From NCBI RefSeq assembly GCF_902652985.1, contig NC_047019.1, positions 17,794,001 through 17,858,000 of the forward strand: 64,000 nucleotides of DNA. The letters are read 5' to 3'. Source of the stretch: Pecten maximus. Its lineage: Eukaryota. Under the pieces are notes generated by a model. It did not search any database. It was not told the DNA's origin and saw nothing but the letters and a program-made list of their open reading frames with translations. Every line of letters begins with the position of its first letter. The first letter of the stretch is position 1. The position numbers and the translations under genes were made by a program. Shown piece after piece: positions 24,704-37,369 of the stretch.

Positions 24704-27700
24704 ATGTCGGCCGAGCCAGAATACAAGAAAATCCCAGTGGCTGAGTTATGGGCGAAACTTCAGGCAGCAAAAGATTGTAAATCTTTATTGAAAAAGCATC
24801 TTACCCAGGAAAGATATGATGCTTTGAAGGATTTGAAAACAAGCATTGGCGGTGACCTTGGGGATTGTATCCAGTCAGGTGAGGGACGTGAATTGCGTGC
24901 GTGTGTGTGCGAGTGCGTTTTACAAATTTGGAAATGTGATGTGATGTTCGCGCATTGCGCAAGAACTGATATACAGCGGAATGTGTTCCAACTTGTGTAG
25001 ATAAGGCAATGATCCGGACCCATAGCTTTGCTGAAGAAACGTGGAAAAGTATAATGTGAGGGAAATATTCTGAGAAAAATAATGTTTAAAAAGAGAACTA
25101 CATTGTACTTTGACTGTGAAATTAGTTTAAAACAACAGATGGATTAAAATATTATGTCGACATTCGATTACAATGCACAAGGAATACGTATTATTGGAAG
25201 TTTTTTAATGTAATATTTTTCTTACAACAAATGGTAACTAAACTGTGCTGTATATTTTGTGACTTTTTGTCCTCTCAATGATTTAAGTCTGTTAGAGTTA
25301 TTTCCCCTCAATAGTTTTACAGAAACTTAGTAAAAACACTTGGAAATGCGAATAAAACACGTATGAAACTACCATGGACGGAAGTCTGTGATTATGAACA
25401 TGTCCTCATGTTTAGATATAATGTTTATAATTTAAAGGTAAATAATTTTACATGTATTTTAACAGGTGCCTGTAGGGGACTGCATTGGGCCTCGATTGAA
25501 AATTTGTTGCCCTGTATTTTACCTGACCTTGGAAATGCACCACACAAGTGACAGCAAAGGTCCAAAACCAACTAGAATATCTAAGATTAATACATATAAA
25601 ATGTATTATGATGATGATAATTTATAAGTCATTCAGTCAAAGTAAAATCTCTTAAATGCATGCTACATACATTATGTTCACCGAATTTTCCCATTTTCAG
25701 AAAAGATACTGACAATTTTTTTCCCACTTTCGGACTGGGTCAAATTTCAAGAATACCTGGCAAAATACGGGTTTTGAGAGTACATGTATACAGTCACAGT
25801 AACCACACTGTGTAATGAATTATGATATACACCGATAAAATTTCTCGAACAAAATCGATAAGGAGACTGCATAATAGTGAAAATTTGTATCAATATAATA
25901 TTTGTATCTAAATTAACTTTAATCATAGTTATTTTTTCATTTGTTTCAAATTAAGCTTTAGATGTGAAAAAAAAATTGTTTTCTGAAAATTTGTTTTGCA
26001 ATGACTCGATCATCATGTTTGGAAAAACCACCACAAAATTGCCTATCATAAACCAGCCGGTCCGAGTATGGATTCGTTACCTAAAATTGCTTAAACAGTA
26101 AATCTTTCAATATGTTATTTAAAGTTGCATTGATTTATGACGGTTTCACTAAAATATTTTTACTGAAAGCAATTTGCTACTTAAAAACTTGCTGTTGCTC
26201 CATCAGAAGTATTGCATCGATTTTGGTACTTTCCCATGTCCAGATAAATCTTATTTTGGCATTAGTATGGTGTTTCATGATTGAATAAATGCGACTTGGA
26301 TACAAAAAATTTAAAGAGTTGAGTTTAAAGTGATTTTGGATTTTTTTTAGCAATAAAGTTATACCTCAATTGGCATGAAATTGTAATAGGCATTGGTGGT
26401 ATTATTGTTGTAATGTACTTTGTGTGTGTAGACTAGGGTTGTACCAGGCTCTCACTATATGTCCCAACCCCACTCCTATCATTTTTTAATTACATGGATT
26501 CATTTCCATGTATATATGTTTATATTATCTCCTGTTCAATACCACTAAAACAAGGCACATCCTTAAATGACCCTGGCTGTTAATAGGACGTTGAAAAAAA
26601 TAAACCAAACCAAACCAATATTAAACCAATACCACCAAGTTTGAGATTGTTATAGAAAATGTATATTTATATCCCCATTCCCACTCGGTAGATGATCATG
26701 TAACATACCAAGTGTATATGGCACATCACTAGAAGTAAGGAGATACTTAAAAATTAAAGACGTTGAGAACTATGAACTAATGAGTTAGTAATGAAGGAGT
26801 TTATTCATTATAAGAGTTGCTTTCCTCTGGTTATTTTGTTTTTTCTTTTGTCAAATTGATTGTTCAGTAAAACTATATAGATACGAGTAATGATACGCTT
26901 CCCTAAGATAAGATATGTATCGTGATAATCATCTCACGATACAATGTGTATCGCGCTACATTTATTTTGCAAATAATCAATGAAATAATTTAACACCATC
27001 TGTTTCAGTTACACGGAACTAAAAATGTTTCCAAATATGTGATTTAAATGAAATAGGCAGTTCTTTCCATTCTTAACAGTCACTTGATGAAAATACTTCT
27101 GCTACCATGTTGGTTTTGGGTGATACTAATTAGGCTTATTACCACGCAGAAACCGATAATGATCTGATCCATACGCATGCAAACATGGGTATTCCTGTCA
27201 TGTAAGAAATGAGAAAAATAAATCTGAACTGAATCATGCCATTTACACCGCGATGTATTGTCCCCACGGATCACTGTTGTAGCACCAATAGATATGTTTA
27301 CAATTATTGGCAAGTGGAGGAAGGGCATTCAGTTGTTGATCCTGGATTCTTATTGTCATTTTTGGTTTCAACTTAAACATGTACAGTGCACTCCAATTTC
27401 AAATGGGGTTTATACCCATTTTATATATGTAAATTAGACTGACCTTCTTCAGCTAGAAATAGAAATAAGATTTATAATTGATAATTATTGATCTCTTGGA
27501 TATATCTCATTGTAGAGTTTCAAAGTAAGGGCAGATAATCAAGTGTGCAATTTACAAAAACTTTTGGGCTGATAGCCAGTGAGACTTGTTTCAATTTTGA
27601 GTTGGATATTAAAGTAAACACCAGTTTTAAACATCAAAGATTCATATGCATTTTCAGCTGTATTCCTTATTATGAAGTGAACAATTTAAAAAAAAGTCTT

Positions 27701-30700
27701 TGAAAATTATTTAACATTTGTCCAAATTTGCAAAAATATGATTAAATAATTAAAATGTGATTTTTAAAAGAAAGTTGGAATACAAAACAGGACAGTGCAG
27801 TACAGTAAGCTAAGTAACTTATGATTGGATTTGCCTATATATGTCCATTTAGCATTATCAACCATAACTGCCAACTGAAAACAGTTCATGATCAATGCTC
27901 AAATGTTTTGTGTTCAGATTGTCTAAAAATATGCAATTTGTCACTACTGTCACTACTGACTATTAATTCATTTAGCATATGCAAGAATGTATGTAAAGAT
28001 GCCAAGAGATTATTTTCAAATTGACGGTTTAATTAACATTAATACCTGGTGTTTAGAAACATATCTTTTTCCATGTATTTCTAGGATGCCTGAACTTGGA
28101 CAGTGGAGTTGGTATTTACGCTTGCGACCCTGAAGGTTACGATACCTTTGCCCCTGTTCTCGATGCAGTCATTATGGACTACCATAAGGTCAAAAAGGTG
28201 GAGCACCCTGCTCCAGACTTTGGTGACTTGGACAACTTGGACTTGGGCAATCTGGACCCTGACAATGAGATGATTGTCAGTACCCGTGTCCGCGTGGGTA
28301 GGAGTCACTCCGGGTTCCCATTCCCACCTGCTGCTACCAAGGATGTAAGTTGTTAAAAATGATTGTTATCATCAGAAATACTATTGATTAAAGGAATATT
28401 TTCCTTAAGTTTTGATTTCATCAGATGTTTTTTGTCAAAAATGTACAAAAGTATCTACTCATGAAGAAAAGATATTTGATTGATGGAAATAAAATTCTTC
28501 ATAGATCTAGCTAGATCAATTTACAACTGCTTGTATGGCCCTGATTGTGTCATAACTGATTTGTATTTTATTATGAAATATTGGTGTACATAATCAAATT
28601 GACAGAAAATACTTATAAAAAATTTTGAAACTTTGTTGATTATGCCAATAAAAAGTTCTGGCTAATAAGAGATTATTTTTGTAATGTCTCCACAATGATT
28701 GAACCCCAGGACATCTAAGACACTAACATCTTGACATCCAAAGGTTATTTTGTTGCTGCATTTTCCCACTCATTTTAGATGCTGGTTTCTGTTGGACATT
28801 AGTTTTTATACGCCCGATGAAAGACGGGACGTATTTTGTTATGTTGGCGGGCGGGTGGGTGGGCACATATGGTGTCCGGACCATAACTCCAATACTACTT
28901 GACCCAGGCTCTCCATACTTGACACAAATATACATATTGATGAGCCGGGGGGTGTCGCATACCAAAATCATGCCCCTTACCCCCGTATTTGTGGAGCTAT
29001 TCCTCTTTGATGATTTTACTTGTCCGGACCATAACTCCAATACTACTTGACCCAGGCTCTCCATACTTGACACAAATATATATATTGATGAGCCGGAGTG
29101 TCGCATACCAAAATCATGCCCCTTACCCCTGTATTTGTGGAGCTATTCCTCTTTGATGATTTTACTTGTCCGGACCATAACTCCAATTCTATTCGACCCA
29201 GGCTCTCCATACTTGACACAAATATACATCTTGATGAGCCAGAGTGTCGCATACCAAAATCATGCCCCTTACCCCCGTATTTGCGGAGTTATTCCCCTTT
29301 GATGATTTTACTTCTGGCACATATGGTGTCCGGACCATATCTCCAGGACTACTCGACCCAGGCTCTCCATACTTGACACAAATGTACATCTTGATGAGCC
29401 GGAGTGTCACATACCAAAATCATGCCCCTTACCCCCGTATTTGCGGTGTTATTGCCCTTTGATGATTTTGTAATTGCTCACCATTCGGTTAATAATGGTA
29501 TTAGGAGGCTGATTCTTTGCAAAGAGGTTCTTTTAATGTATATATTCTGTATATAAACATGTAAACTAAGTTTTGTGTTGTTGTGTCTAAACCAAGGTTT
29601 CCCATATTTGCAACATATATACATCTCATCATTTAAAGTTGCCCTTCGGTTTCGACTACACACCATTATGTGTATCAATATCTCCTTCCAACTTCCCAAC
29701 AATGATACTTCATTTTAAAGCTTTACAACCTGTGAAACTACCCCCTTCCAAGTGTCAAATATTGCGGCGGGCGTATGCTGTGGCCCTCCAACGGGCCCTT
29801 GTTCATGTTTAAATTTGAGACTGGTTGTATAAATAAGACAAAGGAATACATAGATATAAAAAATGTTCCTTTTACATTTTGCTGTGTTGACTTTAGTCAA
29901 TACAGTCATACAAAGGAAAGGAACATTTCAAACACATAACATGTTCTTTCACAAATCATTTAATAATTTATTGCAGGAAAGTAGAAAAATTGTCATTATT
30001 TTTGTATAAAAAACATTTTGGTTAATTTTCAGTTAGAGAGAATTACTTTCAAATTACCTTTTTTTCATAATTCATGTATAGGCCTAGAGCTGATAATAGG
30101 TGCTTAAATGATCTGAAAATGAAATTGTAGATTATATATGGTTAGACCAACGGTAATGCTGAATAAGTCCAATATTAATGCTGAATAAGTGATGGTAAGC
30201 CCAATATTAATGCTGAAAAAGGGATGATCAGCTCAGTACTAATGCTAAATAACTGATGGTAAGCCCAACATTAATGCTGAATAAGGGATAAGCCCAATTA
30301 TATTGCTGAATATTGGATGACAAGCCCAATACTAATGCTAGATAAGTGATGGTAAACCCAATTATAATGCTAAAAAAGTGATGATAAGCCCAGTATTATA
30401 TTAATAATGCTAAATAAGGGATGATAAGCCCAATATTATATATAATAATGCTAAATAAGGAATGATAAGCCCAATATTATATATAATAATGCTGAATAAG
30501 TGATGGTTAGCCCAATAATAATGCTGAATAAGAGATAAGCCCAATAATAATGGTGAATAAGAGATAAGCCCAATAATAATGGTGAATGATGGTAAGCCCA
30601 AAAATAATGCTAAATAAGGTATGATTACCCCAATAATAACGTTGAATGAATAAGTGATCACAAGCCCAATATTAATGCTGAATAAGTGATGATAAGCCCA

Positions 30701-33700
30701 ATATTAATGCTGAATAAAGGGTAAGTCCAATATTAATGCTGAATAAGGGATAAGTCCAATATTAATGCTGAATAAGGGATAAGCCCAATATTAATGCTGA
30801 ATAACGGATAAGCCCGATATTAATGCTGAATAAGGAATAAGCCCGATATTAATGTTGAATGATGGTAAGCCCGATATTAATGCTGAATAAGGGATAAGCC
30901 CGATATTAATGCTGAATAAGGAATAAGCCCAATGATAATGTTGAATGATGGTAAACCCAATGATATTGCCGAATAAGTGATGATAAGCCCAATATTAATG
31001 CTGAATAACGGATAAGCCCGATATTAATGCTGAATAAGGAATAAGCCCAATGATAATGTTGAATGATGGTAAACCCAATGATATTGCTGAATAAGTGATG
31101 ACAAAATTACAGGATAGGTGCCTTTTTAGTATTTAGTCCCTTAATTTAAAATATTGATGTGAAAAAAAATTCTTCATTTACAGCAAAGGAAGAAAATGGA
31201 AGAAAAGACCATTGCAGCTCTAGAAACCCTGGATGGGGATCTTGCTGGCAAATACTTCTCCCTAGAGACAATGTCCAAGGACGACGAGAAACAGCTTATT
31301 GCTGATCATTTCCTCTTCAAGAATGATGACAGGTCTGAATTTTAATCTTTTATGCATGCTTTAATCATACTTCCTGCAAATAAGATTCAGCAGATATTAT
31401 ATCGGAGTTCATAAAACCACGGATAGAACTAAAAACCCTGTCTGTATTTTCATGCACCATTTACACTGAAGGCCGTTTTTACATTGTGAATTGGATTTTA
31501 TTGCAACTTGGAAAAACCTGATATTAGACATTATAACTGACACAATACAAGCTTGCATGTTGGATTATAATCTGACCCAACACAAACACATGCAACACAA
31601 TTTCAAATGATGCAAACTTATACAACTACTTGCTTTACTTTAGGTTTTTGAGGGAAGCTGGAGGTTACAACTTCTGGCCCGTTGGTCGCGGTATCTACTT
31701 CAGTACGGACAAGAAGTTCCTTACTTGGATCAACGAGGAGGACCATCTCCGTTTTATCTCTATGCAGATGGGTGGTGACCTCGGTGCTGTATACAAGAGA
31801 CTTATCAAAGTAAGGCCCAAGCTGAATAAGCTTGCATCAATTCCATAGTTCTTCAAGTGTATAACTGATGAAATGTCAATTATGTTAGATTAAATACAGA
31901 TAACAACTCAATAAGTTACATAAAAATAAACAGGTTTTGTTAGAATTATCCTTTTGGTAAGTATATAAAACAGCACAACTATTCTTGTCATCCTCTGAAG
32001 TTAATTAGATCAGATACTTCAATATTTATTATAAATCTATCTTAACAATGAGTTTACTTTTGGGTACAGTAAAACCCTGTTATATTGCCACCCTTTATAC
32101 CAACAAACTCGCGTATCACCATGAATTTATTCAGAACGGATTTCCTCCCATGCTAATGCACCTGTTTTACTGCCAAACTCGCATACCGCCATCCACCATC
32201 ATATTTCAACAACAAACGGTGAAAATAGTATCATCTTGACCTCGTTAACATCGCCAAATTGAGTCCGGAAGGACGTGTTTATTTAAGGAATAAACTGTCT
32301 TTTTTTGGTGTCTATGGTCGATAAATAGATGCCAGAGCTTTGCAAACAAACGTCATATATATGACACGACCATGTAAATATGTTATTGTTACGTGATTGA
32401 CTGCCGACTGACAGATAATTAGCTGTACACACCATGAGCGGGTGTACACACATGAAATCAATGAACCATGGCTATTGCTTTGTGGTCTTTCCTTAGGAAA
32501 GTTTCGTTAATTATGATGAATAAAACTCACTTTTGTGATAATGCTTCACGTTTTGTTAAAGTATCATGGAACTCTGTTACTCCAGAGACAAGAGTAAGAT
32601 GTTGGATACACAGAGGTATCATACCACGTAATGACAATGTTAACAATAACTGGAAACCCCAGACAAAGTTCGAAAAACATTACTCACGCGAGTTAATGAT
32701 GAAACGTCAAATTTCTAGAACACAAGCATTCTACAGCTGAATGGGACAATCAGAAATGTTTATCTCTTCAACAGTTTGTTTTGTCAGTTTGTCAGTTGAA
32801 GGCAAAACAGACAACAATTGGTACGTTTTTTCGGCGCTGGGTAGAACATGCACACAGTTAAACGAGGTAACAGTGAAAATCATGTTACGATTACTAGATC
32901 ATGTGATGCAAATTACTATGACATTATCTGGAAAATAATTTTAATTAATACTTATTTCTTATCAAAGCAGATATATGCGAAATTTGATGCAATATTTTGA
33001 TATGATTAAACTGTTTTTGATTTTCAAAGTCTACAATTGTTATGGAAGCACTATTTATAGTGTTTGGACAGCAAACTTGGGTATGAGCGGCAAACCCGAT
33101 ATACCTCCAAACTCGTTATATGCCAAAATCACAGAGAACAGAAGGTGGTGATAAAGTCAGGTTTTACTGTAGTTTAAAATTTCAAGTTCAAAAACTGGTG
33201 TCAAAATTAAAATTTCATGTGTGCATAGCTTAATTTTGTACATAAGTAAACAATATATATGATGGACAATTTTATTGACATTTAGTATTGCCTAATGTTT
33301 TTGTTTTAAAGTCTCAATATTGTTTGATATTGATTTTACTGTCATTAAAAAAAGGAAAAAAATGACTAATACTGCACCATGTCTAATCATCACATCACTG
33401 TTTGATTCCATTAGTCATAGCATAAAAATCATTTTGATGTAAAATTTATTGAATATTATATATTAAATATATATGTATTTAATATTGTATCTATAGGGTC
33501 TAGTAAGTAATAACGGTGGAATAGTCCAATATAGGTATCGGATCCTAACATTCAATATTGTATCTGTATATATATATCATATCATCTAATAGACGACTTC
33601 CACAATGATCATGTCAAAATATTGGGCCGACTGTCACTGCGCCATTGAAACATTCTTTTTAAGAACACTGATGTGGCGCAGCGGTATAAGCTGCAGGTAT

Positions 33701-35248
33701 TTCTGGCTAGTCGATTGGGTGACGTAGATCGCGAGTTTGAGGCCAGGTCAGGGCACGAGTCATAAAGTTGTCTTTCTTATTTGTTATATGCATATATATT
33801 ATAGAATCTGTGCTCTAGATCCCATACTATGTTAAGGAATTAAATTTGAAATAGATATTGTATGAATACTCGTTCACAATTTTTTTCTGGTTGTCCTCGG
33901 TCAGTATTTTTTCTCATGTTAATAAAACGATGTATTGACCTTATGAAAAGGCTATAATTGTATCTAAAAATCTAATTCCAGGCCTTAAAGACACTAAGCC
34001 AGAAGCTTGATTTTGCTCACAACAAGAAGTGTGGTTATGTTACCTTCTGTCCCACCAACCTTGGCACCACCTGCAGGGCTAGTGTCCACATCAAGGTCCC
34101 CAAGCTGGCTGCTGCTCCATCTACCGAAGGAAACAAGAGCAAGCTGGAAGACATCTGTGCTAAATTTAATTTGCAACCCAGAGGTGAGGATGTAATAGTG
34201 TCAAATCCTGGCTTGAAGATATGAAATGGTGTTGAAACAAGAGTTAACTGGTTTCTATGGTAACACAGTTCAACCAAACATCAAATACCTTACTGGTTTC
34301 TATGGTAACACAGTTCAACCAAACATCAAATACCATACTGGTTTCTATGGTAACACAGTTCAACCAAACATCTAGTACCTTACTGGTTTCTATGGTAACA
34401 CAGTTCAACCAAACATCTAGTACCTTACTGGTTTCTATGGTAACACAGTTCAACCAAACATCTAGTACCTTACTGGTTTCTATGGTAACACAGTTCAACC
34501 AAACATCTAGTACCTTACTGGTTTCTATGGTAACACAGTTCAACCAAACATCAAATACCTTACTGGTTTCTATGGTAACACAGTTCAACCAAACATCAAA
34601 TACCTTACTGGTTTCTATGGTAACACAGTTCAACCAAACATCAAATACCTTACTGGTTTCTATGGTAACACAGTTCAACCAAACATCTAGTACCTTACTG
34701 GTTTCTATGGTAACACAGTTCAACCAAACATCTAGTACCTTACTGGTTTCTATGGTAACACAGTTCAACCAAACATCTAGTACCTTACTGGTTTCTATGG
34801 TAACACAGTTCAACCAAACATCAAATACCTTACTGGTTTCTATGGTAACACAGTTCAACCAAACATCTAGTACCTTACTGGTTTCTATGGTAACACAGTT
34901 CAACCAAACATCTAGTATCTTACTGGTTTTATGGTAACACAGTTCAACCAAACATTAGTACTGCTGTTTAACATACATCTAATAATTAAATATTGGTTTC
35001 TTTTGTTTTGAAAAGATGGGAAGATTACAGTTAAATACAACATGAACTTTTTTCTGCACAAACACAGAATGATACTGACATTAACAATGTTTTAATTTAT
35101 TTCAGGAATCCACGGTGAGCACACAGAAAGTGTAGGAGGTGTGTATGATATCTCCAACAAGAGGAGACTGGGTCTGAGCGAGCTTGAGGCTATCATGGAA
35201 ATGAAGAACGGAATTGTAGAAGTCATGAAAGCAGAGAAAGCTTTATAG
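24704..35248 (+). CDS. AK: Arginine kinase (ATP:guanido phosphotransferase), 6 coding exons, 364 aa
   Basis: Exons 24704-24878, 28085-28344, 31184-31332, 31644-31809, 33982-34183 and 35106-35248. All introns are GT-AG with compatible phases; total 1095 nt ending in TAG. Motifs [66 protein letters not shown] and [21 protein letters not shown]. Residues equivalent to arginine-specific D62, Y68, R193, P272 and H315 (Limulus numbering) are present. Confidence 0.97.
26549..26618 (+). mobile_element. SINE 3' tail fragment
   Basis: CCTTAAATGACCCTGGCTGTTAATAGGACGTT followed by an (AAACC)n tail, a typical molluscan SINE 3' end. Confidence 0.55.
28803..29803 (+). mobile_element. Non-autonomous Helentron-associated (HINE / DINE-1 / pearl-like) element with internal ~146-160-bp tandem repeats, in AK intron 2
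   Basis: 5' T-run followed by subTIR ATACGCCCG (28808) and nearby IR CGGGACGTAT; short (GCGG/GTGG) microsatellite; ~4 central repeats starting ~28873, 29022, 29168 and 29328; 3' subTIR CGGGCGTAT (29768) followed by hairpin GGCCC-TCCAAC-GGGCC and CTTGTT. Confidence 0.8.
30155..31100. repeat. Degenerate AT-rich tandem repeat, ~29-35-bp unit (AAGCCCAATATTAATGCTGAATAAGGGAT), AK intron 2
   Basis: Directly visible. Confidence 0.92.
32067..33169. mobile_element. Non-autonomous Tc1/mariner-superfamily (pogo/Tigger-like) element in AK intron 4
   Basis: TA|CAGTAAAACCCTGTTATATTGCCACC ... GGTGGTGATAAAGTCAGGTTTTACTG|TA: imperfect TIRs with TA target duplication and no transposase ORF. Confidence 0.8.
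33670..33757 (+). mobile_element. tRNA-derived SINE head / tRNA-like remnant
   Basis: A-box TGGCGCAGCGG and degenerate B-box GAGTTTGAGGCC; no convincing cloverleaf. Confidence 0.45.
34248..34955. repeat. 45-bp minisatellite (~15.7 copies) in the last AK intron; each full unit carries the X-box GTTTCTATGGTAAC
   Basis: Unit CTGGTTTCTATGGTAACACAGTTCAACCAAACATC(TAG/AAA)TACCTTA. Motif starts at 34251 + 45n (n = 0-14), with a 1-nt-deleted copy at 34926. Confidence 0.98.
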
Positions 35249-37369
35249 ACTGAACTGAATTTTGTAAAAATATTGAAGGACCCAATATGACTATGTTAAA
35301 CAAATGTTATGTGTGACCAAAACTCCTAGAAAATGGTATGATATTGAATATGCTCTTGTCTAGATTGTTCTGCTGGAAAAGGGATGCTGCTGTCGATATA
35401 TTTGTGTGTTACATTAACATCAGCGGTTAGAACACCTGGGATCATATTGCCTCAAGAATTTGCCTCCGATGCCGAAAATGTTCTGTTACAATCTAGATCT
35501 GTGCGCTGAATTGATACCTGCATGTTAAGACCAGTTGTGGGATCCAGGATATGGTGCAGCAGTCTAGAAAAGGTGGAAATGATTCAATATTGTCACCATT
35601 TTCCTATTCCTTTGTATATATATTTATAAACTGTTATCCTCTAGTGTGAAATCCTTATGTGGGGTCTGCTAGATCACTTTCTGGAGATCCGATTGCTGGC
35701 TTACACCCTTTCATACTCACATCCTTCCATCCAATCAGTGGAAAGCCAGCCAGATGCATACATCTGATTGGTTGGTGGCCATCAAAGGCAACAAATCTAA
35801 TTGGTTGGTGGCCATGGGATGCTGATATCTGATTGGTTGATAGCCATCGGATGCACCTTGTTGTATAATGTATTTGCATAGTAATTAAAAAGCTGTGTGC
35901 CAAAATAAGCTGTGAGTAATAAATACAAAACGCATGTAGTCATTCCTGGAAATGAGACGTTAAAAAAAACAGACATTTTACAACTTATCTTCTTTTTTGC
36001 ATAAAATTTTGATGACTGGTCTGTAGTTAAGTTATTTCCCTTGTCACGCAAGTTTAATCAGCAGTGACAAATCATTTGGGGAATTATGCAGGGTTTACCC
36101 TCTTTTTGTTGGTTGTTTAACTTTTTACATTAGAAAGTGTTCATATTGATCTGATAAGGGTACGACTGTGATACTGGTGTACACTGCCGGAATGTCTGGG
36201 TCTTGTCTCGCAGGGGACAGGACTTTATGGCTAGTCTTCAGTTCTAGAGTTTCTATAATATTAAATTTGATTGTGATAATCAGTTTTTGTTTTGTTTTCT
36301 ATATTTATTAGAGCAATTATGGTTCTTCAACTTGTTATATTTTGCATATGACAGCAAGAAAATTGATATTTTTTCGATTTAGCCTTGTCCCATAAAATAA
36401 ACAAATGAAAGGAGAAAGGTGTTGTTTTAAGCTTTTGTTGGCCTGCTGAGTATGGTATTGGTGGTATTAGGGTTGTAAACACATTACTGTAATATTAGAT
36501 TTGTTTGATTAATGCAAACAAGATTTACAGATTTTGTTTGTTTTAGAGGTGTATTTTTAGTGCGACTAACTCAGTAGAGTTATTCTTATGACCGAAACAA
36601 AACAACTACGACAAAATAACAAAACCATATACTGAAGTCACATCAATAATGTACTATAAACTGACATAATTTACTGGACTCCAATACTAAAATACTTCAG
36701 TTGGAACTACTATGATGACACTGGTTTCAACAGCAATGTTATTATTTTTCCAATTGCATAACGGACATATGATTAAGAAATGTAACCTTTACTTATGGGC
36801 TGATTTGAATTCATTTTGCTTTCAACACAGCTTGGGTTTGGGGCTGCATATTAGTTACCACTAATTGGGGTTGAAATCTAATTCAAATTGCATGAAAGGC
36901 TTTATTCAGTACGAAGTTTTTAGAAAAGATCAAAATAATTGTTAACGATGCAGTTTTGGAATTATAAAAACAGACAAAACAGTAATAAGATGTATCTACA
37001 TTATGTACGATCACCACCAACATGACTGGTAGACAAAGACAAATTACTACCTGAAATGAGACGTTGCAATTTCCGTGCGTGCATAAGATTAACACGTAGA
37101 TAAACAGGACTCTGTAACGCCAATACAATCTTAATTGTCACGTCGGGCATATGTAACAGGTAAGTAGGGCACTATTGTTTCTGTTTACTAGCAGGATACA
37201 GATGACTGCTGAAAAAATGATAAGTTTCGGATAAACAGTACTCATGATATCGACGATGGATAGAAAACCTTCAAATCGTGAATAATTAACTTTCTTAGAA
37301 TAAGGATTAAGATGTTTTCTGATGAATGTGAAAAGAACACGCAATCATAAAATCAGAAATGAGTGCGCT

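Noticed and set aside
33670-33757. tRNA gene
   Set aside because: An A-box is present but the B-box is degenerate, and I could not fold a cloverleaf. More likely a SINE head.
34244-34951. 226-aa and 235-aa ORFs on both strands
   Set aside because: Translations of the 45-bp intronic array. The AK exons on either side splice in phase without it.
6872-34955. Tandem arrays as CRISPR-like loci
   Set aside because: Units are contiguous with no unique spacers, there are no cas genes, and the context is eukaryotic.
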